DNA of 64,000 nt from an uncultured Nitrospiraceae bacterium (GCA_963705105.1 CAVPIW010000007.1:64001-128000), one strand, 5' to 3'. Numbered from the stretch's first letter, positions 30,182 to 39,805 are shown. Numbers and translations: made by a program. Notes: a model not told the origin generated them from the letters alone.

Positions 30182-33100
30182 ATGAGCACAGACACATCAG
30201 AACGCGGCCTCGAAAGGCTGATCTGTACGGCGATGACGGGTGCGCCCTGTGATCCGGGCGCAGGACCAGCCGACGTGATACACGAACGTCCGGCGGCCTA
30301 CGGGTCGGGCTGGATCTGCGGCGTTTCCGGGGACTATGACCGCGAGTATTGTCTTGATTTGGCTCAGCTCGCCGCCTTTCTGCGGATAACACAGCCGGAG
30401 GTTGCCGACGCTCTCGACCTTGGTCAGGACGGCCCGACGCGGCGTAAGTTTCTTGCCCGCCTGCAGGGCGAGATCAGCAAGCGCGGTACCATCGACGTGC
30501 TGCGTCACGGGATCAAGCACGGGCCGCACCACATCGACCTCTTCTACGCCACGCCCTCGCCGGGCAATGAGAAAGCGCAGGAGCGCTACGCGGCCAACCG
30601 TTTCAGCGTCACGCGCCAGCTCCGGTACAGCCGCGACGAGACGCAGCTCGCGCTCGACCTGGGGCTCTTCATCAACGGCCTGCCGATCGCTACCTTCGAG
30701 TTGAAGAACAGCCTGACCAAGCAGACCGTCGAGGACGCCATTCAGCAGTACAAGAGGGACCGTGATCCACGGGAGAAACTCTTCGAGTTCGGCCGCTGCG
30801 TCGTCCATTTTGCCGTGGATGATCACGAAGTACGCTTCTGCACGCACCTCAAGGGTAGGGCCTCGTGGTTCCTGCCGTTCAACCAAGGCTGGAACGACGG
30901 CGCGGGAAACCCGCCCAACCCCAACGGCCTCAAGACCGACTACCTGTGGAGGCGCATCCTCACCCGCGAGGGGCTGACGGACATCCTCGAAAACTATGCC
31001 CAGGTCGTCGAAACAAAGGACGAGAAGACCGGGCGGAAGAAGCCGGTGCAAATCTGGCCGCGCTTCCACCAACTCGACGTGGTGCGCAAGCTGCTCGCCG
31101 ACGCAGCACGGCACGGTGTGGGTCGCCGGTACCTGATTCAGCACTCGGCAGGAAGCGGAAAGTCTAACTCAATCGCCTGGCTTGCCCACCAGTTGATCGG
31201 CCTGCGGAAAGACGAAGCAACGGTTTTCGATTCGATCATCGTCGTCACCGACCGGCGCATCCTCGACCAGCAGATCCAGGCCACCATCAAGCAGTTCGCA
31301 CAGGTGGGCGCAACCGTAGGCCACGCCGAGCACTCAGGAGACCTGCGCAGGTTCATTGCCGAGGGCAAGAAGATCATCATCTCGACGGTACAGAAGTTCC
31401 CCTTCATCCTTGACGAGATCGGGAGCGAACACCGGGGGCGGCGCTTCGCCATCGTCATCGACGAGGCCCATTCGAGCCAGGGCGGGCGCACGTCAGCCGC
31501 CGTGTCGATGGCGCTCTCGACGGGAGGTGTCGAGGAGGACGATGAGACGATCGAGGACAAGATCAACCGGCTGATGGAGGCCAAGAAGCTCCTGCCCAAT
31601 GCGAGCTACTTCGCCTTCACTGCGACGCCCAAAAACAAGACCCTGGAGATCTTCGGCGAGCCCTTCCCTGAAGGCGACAAGATCAAGCACCTGCCGTTCC
31701 ACAGCTATACCATGAAGCAGGCGATACAGGAGGGTTTCATCCTCGACGTACTGACTCATTACACGCCCGTGGAGAGTTACTACAGGCTGGTCAAGAAGAT
31801 CGAGGGAGACCCGGAATTTGACACGAAGCGGGCGAGGAAGAAGCTGCGGCGCTATGTCGAGAGCCACGATCACGCTATACGGCTGAAGGCCGAGATCATG
31901 GTAGACCATTTCCACGAGCAGGTGGTGGCGCTGAACAAGATCGGCGGCCAGGCGCGGGCAATGGTGGTGACGAGCGGCATTGAGCGCGCCATCCAGTACT
32001 ACCATGCCATCCGCGACTACCTTGCGGAGCGCAAGAGCCACTGGAAGGCAATCGTTGCATTCTCCGGCGAGCACCAATACGGTGGTGTGACGGTATCCGA
32101 GTCCTCGCTCAACGGCTTTCCGTCCAGTCAGATCGCCGAAAGGATACGGGAGGACCCCTATCGGTTCCTTGTCTGCGCCGACAAGTTTCAGACCGGCTAT
32201 GATGAGCCGCTACTGCATACGATGTATGTCGATAAGACCCTCTCCGGCATTAAGGCGGTGCAGACGCTCTCTCGGCTGAACCGGGCGCACCCCCGGAAAC
32301 ACGACACCTTCGTGCTCGACTTCATGAACGACGCCGAAACGATCCGCGACGCCTTTGCTGATTACTACAGGACGACAATCCTCTCCGAGGAGACCGATCC
32401 GGACAAACTCCACGACTTGAAAGCCGCCCTCGAAGGCTACCAGGTGTATGCGCCCGGCCAGATCGACAAACTGGTAGAGCTATACCTGAGCGGGGCCGAC
32501 CGTGACAGGCTCGATCCCATCCTCGACGCCTGTGTGGCGGTTTACAGGGAACGGCTGGACGAGGATGGGCAGGTCGACTTCAAGGGCAAGGCCAAGGCCT
32601 TCACCAGGACCTATGGCTTCCTTGCGGCGATCCTGCCCTACACGAATGCCGGATGGGAAAAGCTCTCGATCTTCCTGAACTTCCTCGTGCCTAAACTGCC
32701 CGCACCCGTCGAGGAGGACCTCTCGAAGGGAATACTTGAAGCGATTGACATGGACAGCTATCGTGTTGAGAAGCAGGCGGCCATGAAGATCCAACTGCCG
32801 GACGCCGATGCTGAGATCGAGCCTGTACCCATGACCGGCGGCGGGCGCAAGCCCGAGCCTGAGCTTGACCTTCTGAGCAACATCATCAAGACTTTTAACG
32901 ACCAGTTCGGCAATATTTCCTGGACCGACACCGACCGCGTCCACAGGCTGATTACCGAAGACATTCCGGCCAAGGTCTCAGCCGACAAGGCTTACCAGAA
33001 CGCCAAACAGCACTCCGATAAGCAGAACGCGCGGATCGAGCATGACAAAGCTTTGACGCGGGTCATGACCGCAGTGCTGAAGGACGACACGGAGCTCTTC

Positions 33101-33187
33101 AAGCAATTCAGCGACAATCCCTCCTTCCGCAAATGGCTGACGGACGCGATCTTTGCTATGACCTACGCCTCGCCTCCTGCTGCCTGA
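30182..33187 (+). CDS. hsdR: Type I restriction endonuclease subunit R
   Basis: DLGLFINGLPIATFELKN nuclease motif; QHSAGSGKS; DEAH; FTATP; FQTGYDEP; QTLSRLNR. Confidence 0.96.
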   Translation: MSTDTSERGLERLICTAMTGAPCDPGAGPADVIHERPAAYGSGWICGVSGDYDREYCLDLAQLAAFLRITQPEVADALDLGQDGPTRRKFLARLQGEISKRGTIDVLRHGIKHGPHHIDLFYATPSPGNEKAQERYAANRFSVTRQLRYSRDETQLALDLGLFINGLPIATFELKNSLTKQTVEDAIQQYKRDRDPREKLFEFGRCVVHFAVDDHEVRFCTHLKGRASWFLPFNQGWNDGAGNPPNPNGLKTDYLWRRILTREGLTDILENYAQVVETKDEKTGRKKPVQIWPRFHQLDVVRKLLADAARHGVGRRYLIQHSAGSGKSNSIAWLAHQLIGLRKDEATVFDSIIVVTDRRILDQQIQATIKQFAQVGATVGHAEHSGDLRRFIAEGKKIIISTVQKFPFILDEIGSEHRGRRFAIVIDEAHSSQGGRTSAAVSMALSTGGVEEDDETIEDKINRLMEAKKLLPNASYFAFTATPKNKTLEIFGEPFPEGDKIKHLPFHSYTMKQAIQEGFILDVLTHYTPVESYYRLVKKIEGDPEFDTKRARKKLRRYVESHDHAIRLKAEIMVDHFHEQVVALNKIGGQARAMVVTSGIERAIQYYHAIRDYLAERKSHWKAIVAFSGEHQYGGVTVSESSLNGFPSSQIAERIREDPYRFLVCADKFQTGYDEPLLHTMYVDKTLSGIKAVQTLSRLNRAHPRKHDTFVLDFMNDAETIRDAFADYYRTTILSEETDPDKLHDLKAALEGYQVYAPGQIDKLVELYLSGADRDRLDPILDACVAVYRERLDEDGQVDFKGKAKAFTRTYGFLAAILPYTNAGWEKLSIFLNFLVPKLPAPVEEDLSKGILEAIDMDSYRVEKQAAMKIQLPDADAEIEPVPMTGGGRKPEPELDLLSNIIKTFNDQFGNISWTDTDRVHRLITEDIPAKVSADKAYQNAKQHSDKQNARIEHDKALTRVMTAVLKDDTELFKQFSDNPSFRKWLTDAIFAMTYASPPAA

Positions 33188-33284
33188 TAGCGGGTAACAA
33201 AATTCAGGAAAAACGATCAGTACAAAATCAGCACAATCTGGACGGTAAGCTGAATGGGAGATCGTGGTAAGTTATTGAAAAGAA

Positions 33285-33359
33285 TGGTGGGCGATGAGGG
33301 TATCGAACCCACGACCTCTTCCGTGTGAAGGAAGCGCTCTCCCACTGAGCTAATCGCCC
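33285..33359 (-). tRNA. tRNA-Val (anticodon CAC)
   Basis: GGGCGATTAGCTCAGTGGGAGAGCGCTTCCTTCACACGGAAGAGGTCGTGGGTTCGATACCCTCATCGCCCACCA forms a cloverleaf with encoded CCA. Confidence 0.97.
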
Positions 33360-33487
33360 GAAACACTGTTAAAATATCACCTTACCCCCCATCCTTGTCA
33401 ACCCGAAGTCCCTTGAAACCCGTGATACGTCAAAACCCTCCTGTTCTTTCTTTGCGCTCTTTGCGACTTTGCGTGAGACAATATTTC

Positions 33488-33516
33488 TTGACAGTGAACG
33501 ATCGTTCACCTATAAT
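33488..33516 (+). promoter_or_regulatory. Consensus sigma-70 promoter with palindromic LexA-type operator in the spacer
   Basis: TTGACA-GTGAACGATCGTTCAC-C-TATAAT (17-nt spacer; perfect 16-bp palindrome 33494-33509 containing GAAC-N4-GTTC). Confidence 0.9.
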
Positions 33517-33522
33517 GTACTT

Positions 33523-34116
33523 ATGACTGCGCAGGATAGTGAAGGGAAGCTGAAGTCGAGGGTCGAAGCGATCACCCGGTTTTTTCAGACCCGGGGAAGG
33601 ATGCCGAGCTTCTCGGAGATCGGCGAGATGACGGGTCTCCGCTCGAAAAACGCCGTATCCAAGCTGATCCTCCGTCTTGAAGGGATAGGGGTCCTCAGGA
33701 AGGATGCACGGGGAAGGCTCCTGCCCCTGTCGATGCGTGACAGCCTCAGGATGCTCGGCACTGTCGAGGCGGGCTTTCCGAGCCCCGCCGAAGAGGAGCT
33801 CGTGGACACTATTTCCCTCGACCGGCTGCTCGTGCAGAACCCGAACGCCACGTTCCTCCTGAAGGTGTCGGGCGATTCGATGTCCGGCGCGGGCATACTC
33901 CCCGGAGACATGGTGCTCGTGGACAGGTCCCGGCAGCCGAAAAGCGGCGACATCGTTGTCGCGCAGGTGGACGGCGAGTGGACGATGAAGTATCTGAAGA
34001 AGAGAGGGGATGCGGTCGTCCTCGTCCCGGCGAACCCGGAGTACAAGCCTATCAGGCCGAAGAAAGACCTCACGATCGCCGGCGTCGTCACCGCCGTGGT
34101 ACGGAAATACCTGTAA
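33523..34116 (+). CDS. LexA-family S24 repressor/UmuD-like protein
   Basis: wHTH (MPSFSEIGEMTGLRSKNAV), AG cleavage site in VEAGFPSPA, Ser (GDSM) and Lys (TMKYL); the ATG at 33523 lies downstream of the promoter. Confidence 0.9.
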   Translation: MTAQDSEGKLKSRVEAITRFFQTRGRMPSFSEIGEMTGLRSKNAVSKLILRLEGIGVLRKDARGRLLPLSMRDSLRMLGTVEAGFPSPAEEELVDTISLDRLLVQNPNATFLLKVSGDSMSGAGILPGDMVLVDRSRQPKSGDIVVAQVDGEWTMKYLKKRGDAVVLVPANPEYKPIRPKKDLTIAGVVTAVVRKYL

Positions 34117-34230
34117 AGGACATTAGTCATTAGTCATGACCTCTGTGTTCTCTGTGATCTCTGTGGCTGAACAGTTTCGTCTTTTCTTTCCGCTCTTTGC
34201 GGCTTTGCGCGAGACAAACTTACGGTGAAT

Positions 34231-35550
34231 ATGACTATGGACGGGACGCCACTCACAACACGCTCATGGCCGCGGGCCATTCTCCACATCGACGCCGACG
34301 CCTTCTTCGCGTCATGCGAGCAGGCGATCCATCCCGAGCTGCGGGGAAAGCCCGTCATAACCGGCAAGGAGCGGGGGATCGTTGCTGCCGCCAGCTACGA
34401 GGCGAAGGAACGGGGGATCAAAAGGGGGATGCGTCTTTTCGAGGTGCGGAAGGCCTGCCCTGACGCCGTCATTCTCCCTTCCGATTACGAGACCTACAGC
34501 CTCTTTTCCGTCAGGATGTTCGAGATCCTGAGGCGCTTTTCCCCTGACGTGGAGGAGTATTCCATCGACGAGGCTTTTGTCGACCTGACGGGGCTGAGGA
34601 GAATCTACCACGGACCCTATTCGTCGATAGCCGCCGAGATGCAAAAGACGGTCACCGCGGAGCTGGGTATAACGGTATCTGTCGGGGTGAGCCTCACGAA
34701 GGTGCTCGCGAAGATCGCCTCGAAACACAACAAGCCCCGGGGAATGACGGTGATCCCGGGGCGGGACATCCATCTCTTCCTGGACAGCCTCCCCCTTGAA
34801 AAGGTCTGGGGCATCGGGCCGAATACATATGAATTGTTAAGGAAATTAGGGGTCACGACGGCCCTCCAGTTCGCCCGGAAGGATGAAGCGTTCGTCAAAA
34901 GGCACCTCTCGAAACCCTACCAGGAAGTCTGGCAGGAGCTGAACGGCAGAAGCGTTTATCCGGTCAGCACGGAAAAGAAGAGCGCCTATCAGTCCATCAG
35001 CAAGACAAAGACCTTCACGCCGCCCTCGGACGACGAGACCTTCGTCTATGCCCAGCTCTCAAAGAACCTCGAGAACGCCTGCATCAAGGCGAGGAGATAC
35101 GGTCTCGCGGCGACGAGGCTGATCGTGTTCATGAGGACCCGGGAGTTCAGGGACAGGGGTATCGAGATACGGTTGAGCAGGGCCACGTCCTTTCCCGCCG
35201 TGCTCTTCAAACCCCTGCGGCAGGCCTTTGACAGGCTGTTCAGCCCGCGGTCGTCATACCGTCAGACCGGGGTGGTCCTGGCAGGACTGGTGGAGGAGAG
35301 GAATGTCCAGTACACCCTTTTCGACGATGTCATGAAACTGGAGAAGCTGGAGAGGGTTTACAGCACTGTTGATATGCTGTCGGAGAAATTCGGCAAATAC
35401 GCGGTGCAGCATGGATCGAGCATTCCCACGAAACTGCAGGCCCAGCACGAGGGGGCACGGGGGGATGTCCCGGTGCGGGTGTCGGAGCTCTTCAAAGGGG
35501 AGAACAGGAGACAGCGGCTGGGACTGCCGGTGCTGCATATAAAGGTATAA
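34231..35550 (+). CDS. dinB: Y-family DNA polymerase (Pol IV/DinB-UmuC-like)
   Basis: HIDADAFFAS, AASYEAK, YSIDEAF, KVLAKIASK..KP.G, VWGIG; clamp-binding-like QYTLF. Confidence 0.9.
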   Translation: MTMDGTPLTTRSWPRAILHIDADAFFASCEQAIHPELRGKPVITGKERGIVAAASYEAKERGIKRGMRLFEVRKACPDAVILPSDYETYSLFSVRMFEILRRFSPDVEEYSIDEAFVDLTGLRRIYHGPYSSIAAEMQKTVTAELGITVSVGVSLTKVLAKIASKHNKPRGMTVIPGRDIHLFLDSLPLEKVWGIGPNTYELLRKLGVTTALQFARKDEAFVKRHLSKPYQEVWQELNGRSVYPVSTEKKSAYQSISKTKTFTPPSDDETFVYAQLSKNLENACIKARRYGLAATRLIVFMRTREFRDRGIEIRLSRATSFPAVLFKPLRQAFDRLFSPRSSYRQTGVVLAGLVEERNVQYTLFDDVMKLEKLERVYSTVDMLSEKFGKYAVQHGSSIPTKLQAQHEGARGDVPVRVSELFKGENRRQRLGLPVLHIKV

Positions 35551-35555
35551 GTGCT

Positions 35556-35861
35556 ATCACTGGAATCCAAAATAATCTGGCACAAGGATAGGGCATGATT
35601 TCTTCGCATAATAAACCCTTATCACCGCAATGAGATCTCAGGAAAGACGGGGCGAATGCGCCGAAAAGCATCGGTGCTGCGAAACCTCTGCCTTCCCGTG
35701 CAGACCATTGCAGACCAACGATCGAACAAAATTAACCTTTTACGGACACTCACACTGACACTGACACTGTTTTTCGGAGCGTTTTGCACCGTCTTTTCGT
35801 GCAAGGCAACCGTGAATTATGCTTCAGAAACCAAGCCCTATCCTCGTTTTCAAAGTCTCGC
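35556..35861 (+). repeat. ~300-bp nested-palindrome repeat (family A core inside an outer AGGATAGGG/CCCTATCCT inverted repeat)
   Basis: Near-identical to 42438-42743. Confidence 0.93.
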
Positions 35862-35946
35862 CGCAAACAATTTCCTTATCGTTGCATAGGCGGTATTTGC
35901 CTCCCCGGCGGCAGCGTCGATTATTTTGGATACGAAGGAAGCGCTG

Positions 35947-36420
35947 TTACGCCCTGCTGATCAGCAGGCAGACGGCATGGGCCGCGATCCCCTCGCCCCG
36001 GCCGGTGAACCCCATACCCTCGTTCGTCTTCGCCTTGATGCTGATCCGCGAGGACGGGATGCCCGATGCGGCCATGGCGGCCTTCATCGCCTCGATGTAG
36101 GGCGCAAGCTTCGGTCTTTCGGCGATGACGACGGAGTCGATCCAGGCGACTTCATATCCCGCCGACAGGATGAGCCCGTGGATGTGTTCGAGAAGGAGAA
36201 TGCTCGACGCCCCCTTCCACCTTTCGTCCGTGTCCGGGAAATGTTTGCCGATGTCCCCGAGGCCTGCCGCGCCGATGAGGGCGTCGATGACGGCATGGCA
36301 AAGGACGTCGCCGTCCGAGTGGCCCAGGAGACCCCTGTCAAAGGGCACATCAACGCCGCCGATGACGAGCCTCCTGCCCTCGGCGAGGCGGTGCGAATCG
36401 TATCCGATGCCTATGCGCAT
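35947..36420 (-). CDS. ispF: 2-C-methyl-D-erythritol 2,4-cyclodiphosphate synthase
   Basis: MRIGIGYDSH, GHSDGDVLCHA, GDIGKHFPDTD, KAKTNEGMG. Confidence 0.98.
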   Translation of the reverse strand: MRIGIGYDSHRLAEGRRLVIGGVDVPFDRGLLGHSDGDVLCHAVIDALIGAAGLGDIGKHFPDTDERWKGASSILLLEHIHGLILSAGYEVAWIDSVVIAERPKLAPYIEAMKAAMAASGIPSSRISIKAKTNEGMGFTGRGEGIAAHAVCLLISRA

Positions 36421-37115
36421 GACTTCAAAAAGGCCTCGGCGATCAGCACGTCTTCCGGCGTGGTGACCTTGATGTTCCGGTATGAGCCCATGACGATCCT
36501 CACTGTTCCCCCGTACCTTTCCACGAGTGCGGCGTCATCGGTGGCATAGTAGTCGTCGGCCGTTGCCTTCTCATAGGCCGACAGCAGCGTTCCATGCCTG
36601 AAGACCTGCGGCGTCTGGACGGACCAGAGGAGATCGCGGTCCAGTGTCCTTGACACGACGATCTCATCGCCCGACGGACGGGCTTCCTTTATGGTGTCCT
36701 TCACGGGGACGGCTGCAATGGCGCCGTCTGCACCGTCGATGGCGCTGATCAATCTTTTGACGAGATCACCGTCGACAAGAGGCCGTGCGCCGTCGTGGAT
36801 CAGGACGACCGGGAAGGACCTGCCGAGGTGCCTAAGCCCGTTCCGGACGGAATCCTGCCGCTCCTTTCCCCCTGCGATGGCGGGATCGACTCTCGGCACC
36901 GCGTAACGGGCCACGAGTTCATCGGTCAATGCCCGGTCCTCCTCTCTTACAACGGGGATGATTGTGCCGATCTCAGCAACTGATGCGAGGACTTCGAGTG
37001 ACCAGATGAGAAGCGGCTTCCCGAGGAGGCTGTGAAAGGTCTTCCGGGTCCCTGTTCCGAACCGGGTCCCGACTCCCGCTGCGGGGACAATGGCGGCGAC
37101 CCTGTCAGTACTCAT
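36411..37115 (-). CDS. ispD: 2-C-methyl-D-erythritol 4-phosphate cytidylyltransferase
   Basis: PAAGVGTRF, GGKERQDSV, IHDGARP, QTPQVF, TDDA, NIKVTTPED. Confidence 0.97.
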   Translation of the reverse strand: MSTDRVAAIVPAAGVGTRFGTGTRKTFHSLLGKPLLIWSLEVLASVAEIGTIIPVVREEDRALTDELVARYAVPRVDPAIAGGKERQDSVRNGLRHLGRSFPVVLIHDGARPLVDGDLVKRLISAIDGADGAIAAVPVKDTIKEARPSGDEIVVSRTLDRDLLWSVQTPQVFRHGTLLSAYEKATADDYYATDDAALVERYGGTVRIVMGSYRNIKVTTPEDVLIAEAFLKSCA

Positions 37116-38082
37116 CCTTCGGCTTCGCGAAGATCATCCTTCCCGCCGTCGTCTGGAGGACGCTCGTGACGACGGCGTCGGTGTTCTTGCCGATGAGTTT
37201 CCGCCCGTTCTCCACAACGACCATGGTGCCGTCGTCGAGATAGGCCACGCCCTGGTTGTATTCCTTGCCCTCCTTGGTGACGAAGAGACTGAGCAATTCG
37301 CCCGGCAGGACGACGGGTTTCAGCACATTGGCGAGCTCGTTGATGTTCAGGACCTGCACGCCCTGAACCTGGGCGACCTTGTTAAGATTGAAATCATTGG
37401 TGATGATCTTTGCGTGCATGAGCCGCGCAACGGCTATGAGCTTCGCGTCCACCTCCCTGATCTTCGGGAAGTCCTCCTCGACGATTCTGACCGTAATGTG
37501 CGACAGCTTCTGCATGCGATGAAGCATATCGAGACCCCGCCTTCCCTTGGTCCTCCGCAGGGGATCGGGCGAATCGGCGATATACTGGAGCTCCTGCAGG
37601 ATGAACTGGGGGACGAGAAATGTGCCCTCCAGAAAACCGACATCGACAATGTCGACGATCCTGCCGTCGATGATGACGCTCGTGTCGAGGAGCTTCAGGT
37701 CCTCCTCGGCCTCCTGTCCCCTGAGCAGTTTTGTCACCGAAGGCACGGTGAGGTTCACACCCCTTGCCAGACCGGCGAAGAACCCCCCGTATCCGAGGAC
37801 GGCGCTCAGCGCGAACGACAGGGGCAGTCGTGCGTCGTCAGGAAGAATGAAACGGAGGGGATAGAGGATGAGACCGGCGCAGACGATGCCGAGGAAGAGA
37901 CCCAGAAGTCCGCCGGAGACGGTACCGAGAGTGAGACTCTTCAGGACCCGTTCAAGGAGGATCGAGAGGATGCCGAGGGCCGCGCCTGCCGCCGCGCCCG
38001 CCGGCGCGTAGCCGTAGCGCATGCCCAGGGCGGTTCCTGAGGCGATGAAGACGATGAAGATTATGATTCTCGCAAAGAACAA
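37105..38082 (-). CDS. Membrane PIN/TRAM domain protein (YacL-like)
   Basis: N-terminal TMs; LLDTSVIIDGRI; RGLDML; TNDFNLNKVA; GVAYLDDGTMVVVE; QTTAGRMIFA. Confidence 0.93.
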   Translation of the reverse strand: MFFARIIIFIVFIASGTALGMRYGYAPAGAAAGAALGILSILLERVLKSLTLGTVSGGLLGLFLGIVCAGLILYPLRFILPDDARLPLSFALSAVLGYGGFFAGLARGVNLTVPSVTKLLRGQEAEEDLKLLDTSVIIDGRIVDIVDVGFLEGTFLVPQFILQELQYIADSPDPLRRTKGRRGLDMLHRMQKLSHITVRIVEEDFPKIREVDAKLIAVARLMHAKIITNDFNLNKVAQVQGVQVLNINELANVLKPVVLPGELLSLFVTKEGKEYNQGVAYLDDGTMVVVENGRKLIGKNTDAVVTSVLQTTAGRMIFAKPKDEY

Positions 38083-38160
38083 TTATCCCCGGTCTCTCTT
38101 ACGAAACGGCGCCATAAAAAGTCATTGAGTCATTATTGATAATATGAACACCTGTACCAC

Positions 38161-38234
38161 TGTCATTGCCGCAAGCGAAGCGCGTCGGCAATCCTTCTGA
38201 ACACCGGAAAGATTCCGGACAAGCCGGAATGACA
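38161..38234. repeat. REP/RPE-like palindrome (TGTCATT...AATGACA)
   Basis: TGTCATTGCCG...GATTCCGGACAAGCCGGAATGACA; related pieces at 48753-48778, 48899-48946 and 62971-63123. Confidence 0.75.
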
Positions 38235-38346
38235 AATCCTGGTGCAGTTCGATTGTTTAAACCAGATGACAATAACAAAGCCCGGAAGGCTTTGCATCAT
38301 ATCTGCCTTCTCGGGAACAGCGATATATGAAGCGTCTCATCAGGTG

Positions 38347-39801
38347 TTATTCCGGTGACAGCGCAATATAGAATTTCTTCCCCGAGCGGTTGACCAGGAG
38401 CGCGATGGTTTTGTCCGCCCTGAGCTGCGCCGTCTTCCTGTTGTATTCGCCGAGGCTGCCGACTCTCTGGCGGTCTATCTCCTGGATGACGTCACCCTTC
38501 TTGATGCCCGCCTCCTCGGCCGATGAGCCGGGTTCGACCCTGATGATGACCACTCCCTTGTCATCGCGGTCGAGGCCGAGCTGTTTCGCGATGGCGGCAT
38601 TGAGATCGATGACGTCCACACCGTCAAGGGAGTTCCGCCCCCCCTTCATCTCGGGCGAGGAGCTCGGCACGAGCTCTCTCTTGTCGGCAGGCAACTGGGT
38701 GATGGTTGCAGTAATGGTCAGCTCCGTGTCCTGCCGCAGGATCTTTATCTTCACCTGGGTCCCGATCTTACTCTGGGCGACCATATTCCGCAGCGTCCCC
38801 ACATCCTTGACCTTCTTGTCGTTGAATTCGAGGATGATGTCACCCCTCTGGATGCCCGCCTTCTGCGCGGGGCTTCCCTTGATCACGTCGCTCACGAGGG
38901 CGCCTTCGGTGACTTTCAGGCCGAAGCTCTGGGCGATGTCGGGGGTGATCTCCTGGATGGTGATGCCGAGCCACCCCCTCGTCACCTTTCCCTCCTTGAT
39001 GAGCTGCTCCATGACAACGCGGACGATGTTGCTCGGAACGGCAAAGCCGATGCCCTGGTACCCTCCTGTTTTCGAGAAGATCGCCGTGTTTATGCCGATA
39101 AGCTCACCCGTAGCGCTGACGAGGGGTCCGCCGGAGTTGCCCGGATTGATCGCCGCGTCGGTCTGTATGAAGTCCTCGTAATCTGCGATGCCCACATCGG
39201 CCCTGCCGACGGCGCTGATGATGCCCATGGTGACGGTGTTGCTCAGGCCGAAGGGGTTGCCGATGGCGAGGACGAACTCGCCGACCTGGAGTTTGTCCGA
39301 ATCGGCCCAGGGGATGACGGGGAGACTCTTTGCGTCGATCTTGATGATCGCGATGTCCGTTTTCGGGTCCGACCCGACGATCTTCGCCCTGAAGCTCTTC
39401 TTGTCGGCGAGAAGCACCTTGATGTCTTCCGACTGCTCGACGACATGATTGTTCGTGACGATGAACCCGTCGGCCGAGACGATCACGCCGGAGCCGAGGC
39501 TCTGCTCCCTGAATTTCCTGGACCGCCCGTCATGGAAAGGATAGAAGAAGTCGAAAAAGTCGTCAAAGGGCGTCGGCTGCCGCCTGACCGTTTTCGTGCT
39601 CGATATGTTTACGACGGCCGGCGAAACGGCCCGGACGATTTCCGAGAAGGCCTTTCCCGTCTCCTCGATATGCTTCGGGACCCGCGGGGCGAACTGCGTG
39701 TATTGGGGCGTCGTGGATTTGCTCAGGAAATAATACGTCACCCCTCCGAGAAGGAAACCCAGGAGGAGCACCGCGGGAATCCAGATGAAACGGTTTTTCA
39801 T
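38347..39801 (-). CDS. degQ: DegP/DegQ (HtrA) serine protease with two PDZ domains
   Basis: TNNHVV, IQTDAAINPGNSGG, GIGFAVP, RGWLGITIQ. Confidence 0.93.
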   Translation of the reverse strand: MKNRFIWIPAVLLLGFLLGGVTYYFLSKSTTPQYTQFAPRVPKHIEETGKAFSEIVRAVSPAVVNISSTKTVRRQPTPFDDFFDFFYPFHDGRSRKFREQSLGSGVIVSADGFIVTNNHVVEQSEDIKVLLADKKSFRAKIVGSDPKTDIAIIKIDAKSLPVIPWADSDKLQVGEFVLAIGNPFGLSNTVTMGIISAVGRADVGIADYEDFIQTDAAINPGNSGGPLVSATGELIGINTAIFSKTGGYQGIGFAVPSNIVRVVMEQLIKEGKVTRGWLGITIQEITPDIAQSFGLKVTEGALVSDVIKGSPAQKAGIQRGDIILEFNDKKVKDVGTLRNMVAQSKIGTQVKIKILRQDTELTITATITQLPADKRELVPSSSPEMKGGRNSLDGVDVIDLNAAIAKQLGLDRDDKGVVIIRVEPGSSAEEAGIKKGDVIQEIDRQRVGSLGEYNRKTAQLRADKTIALLVNRSGKKFYIALSPE

Positions 39802-39805
39802 GTGT

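Larger units (their letters stand above)
14999..33331. mobile_element. tRNA-Val-integrated genomic island (~18.3 kb), no integrase visible
   Basis: Flanking 52-bp direct repeats; cargo of Rhs/teneurin-like gene, type I R-M, Fic and pseudogenes. Confidence 0.9.

Noticed and set aside
33469..33522. N-terminal extension of the LexA-like ORF (and upstream extensions of the ORFs ending at 8204, 8422, 48032, 60631 and 62749)
   Set aside because: They overlap promoters, repeats or neighbouring genes; downstream starts fit RBS and homology better
35656..35889. Duplicated small ORFs (also 42539-42787, 35622-35804, 42505-42717, 57802-57990, 63052-63315)
   Set aside because: Translations of the repeat element (LTLTLT/SVSVSV from ACACTG tracts); no RBS and inconsistent ends
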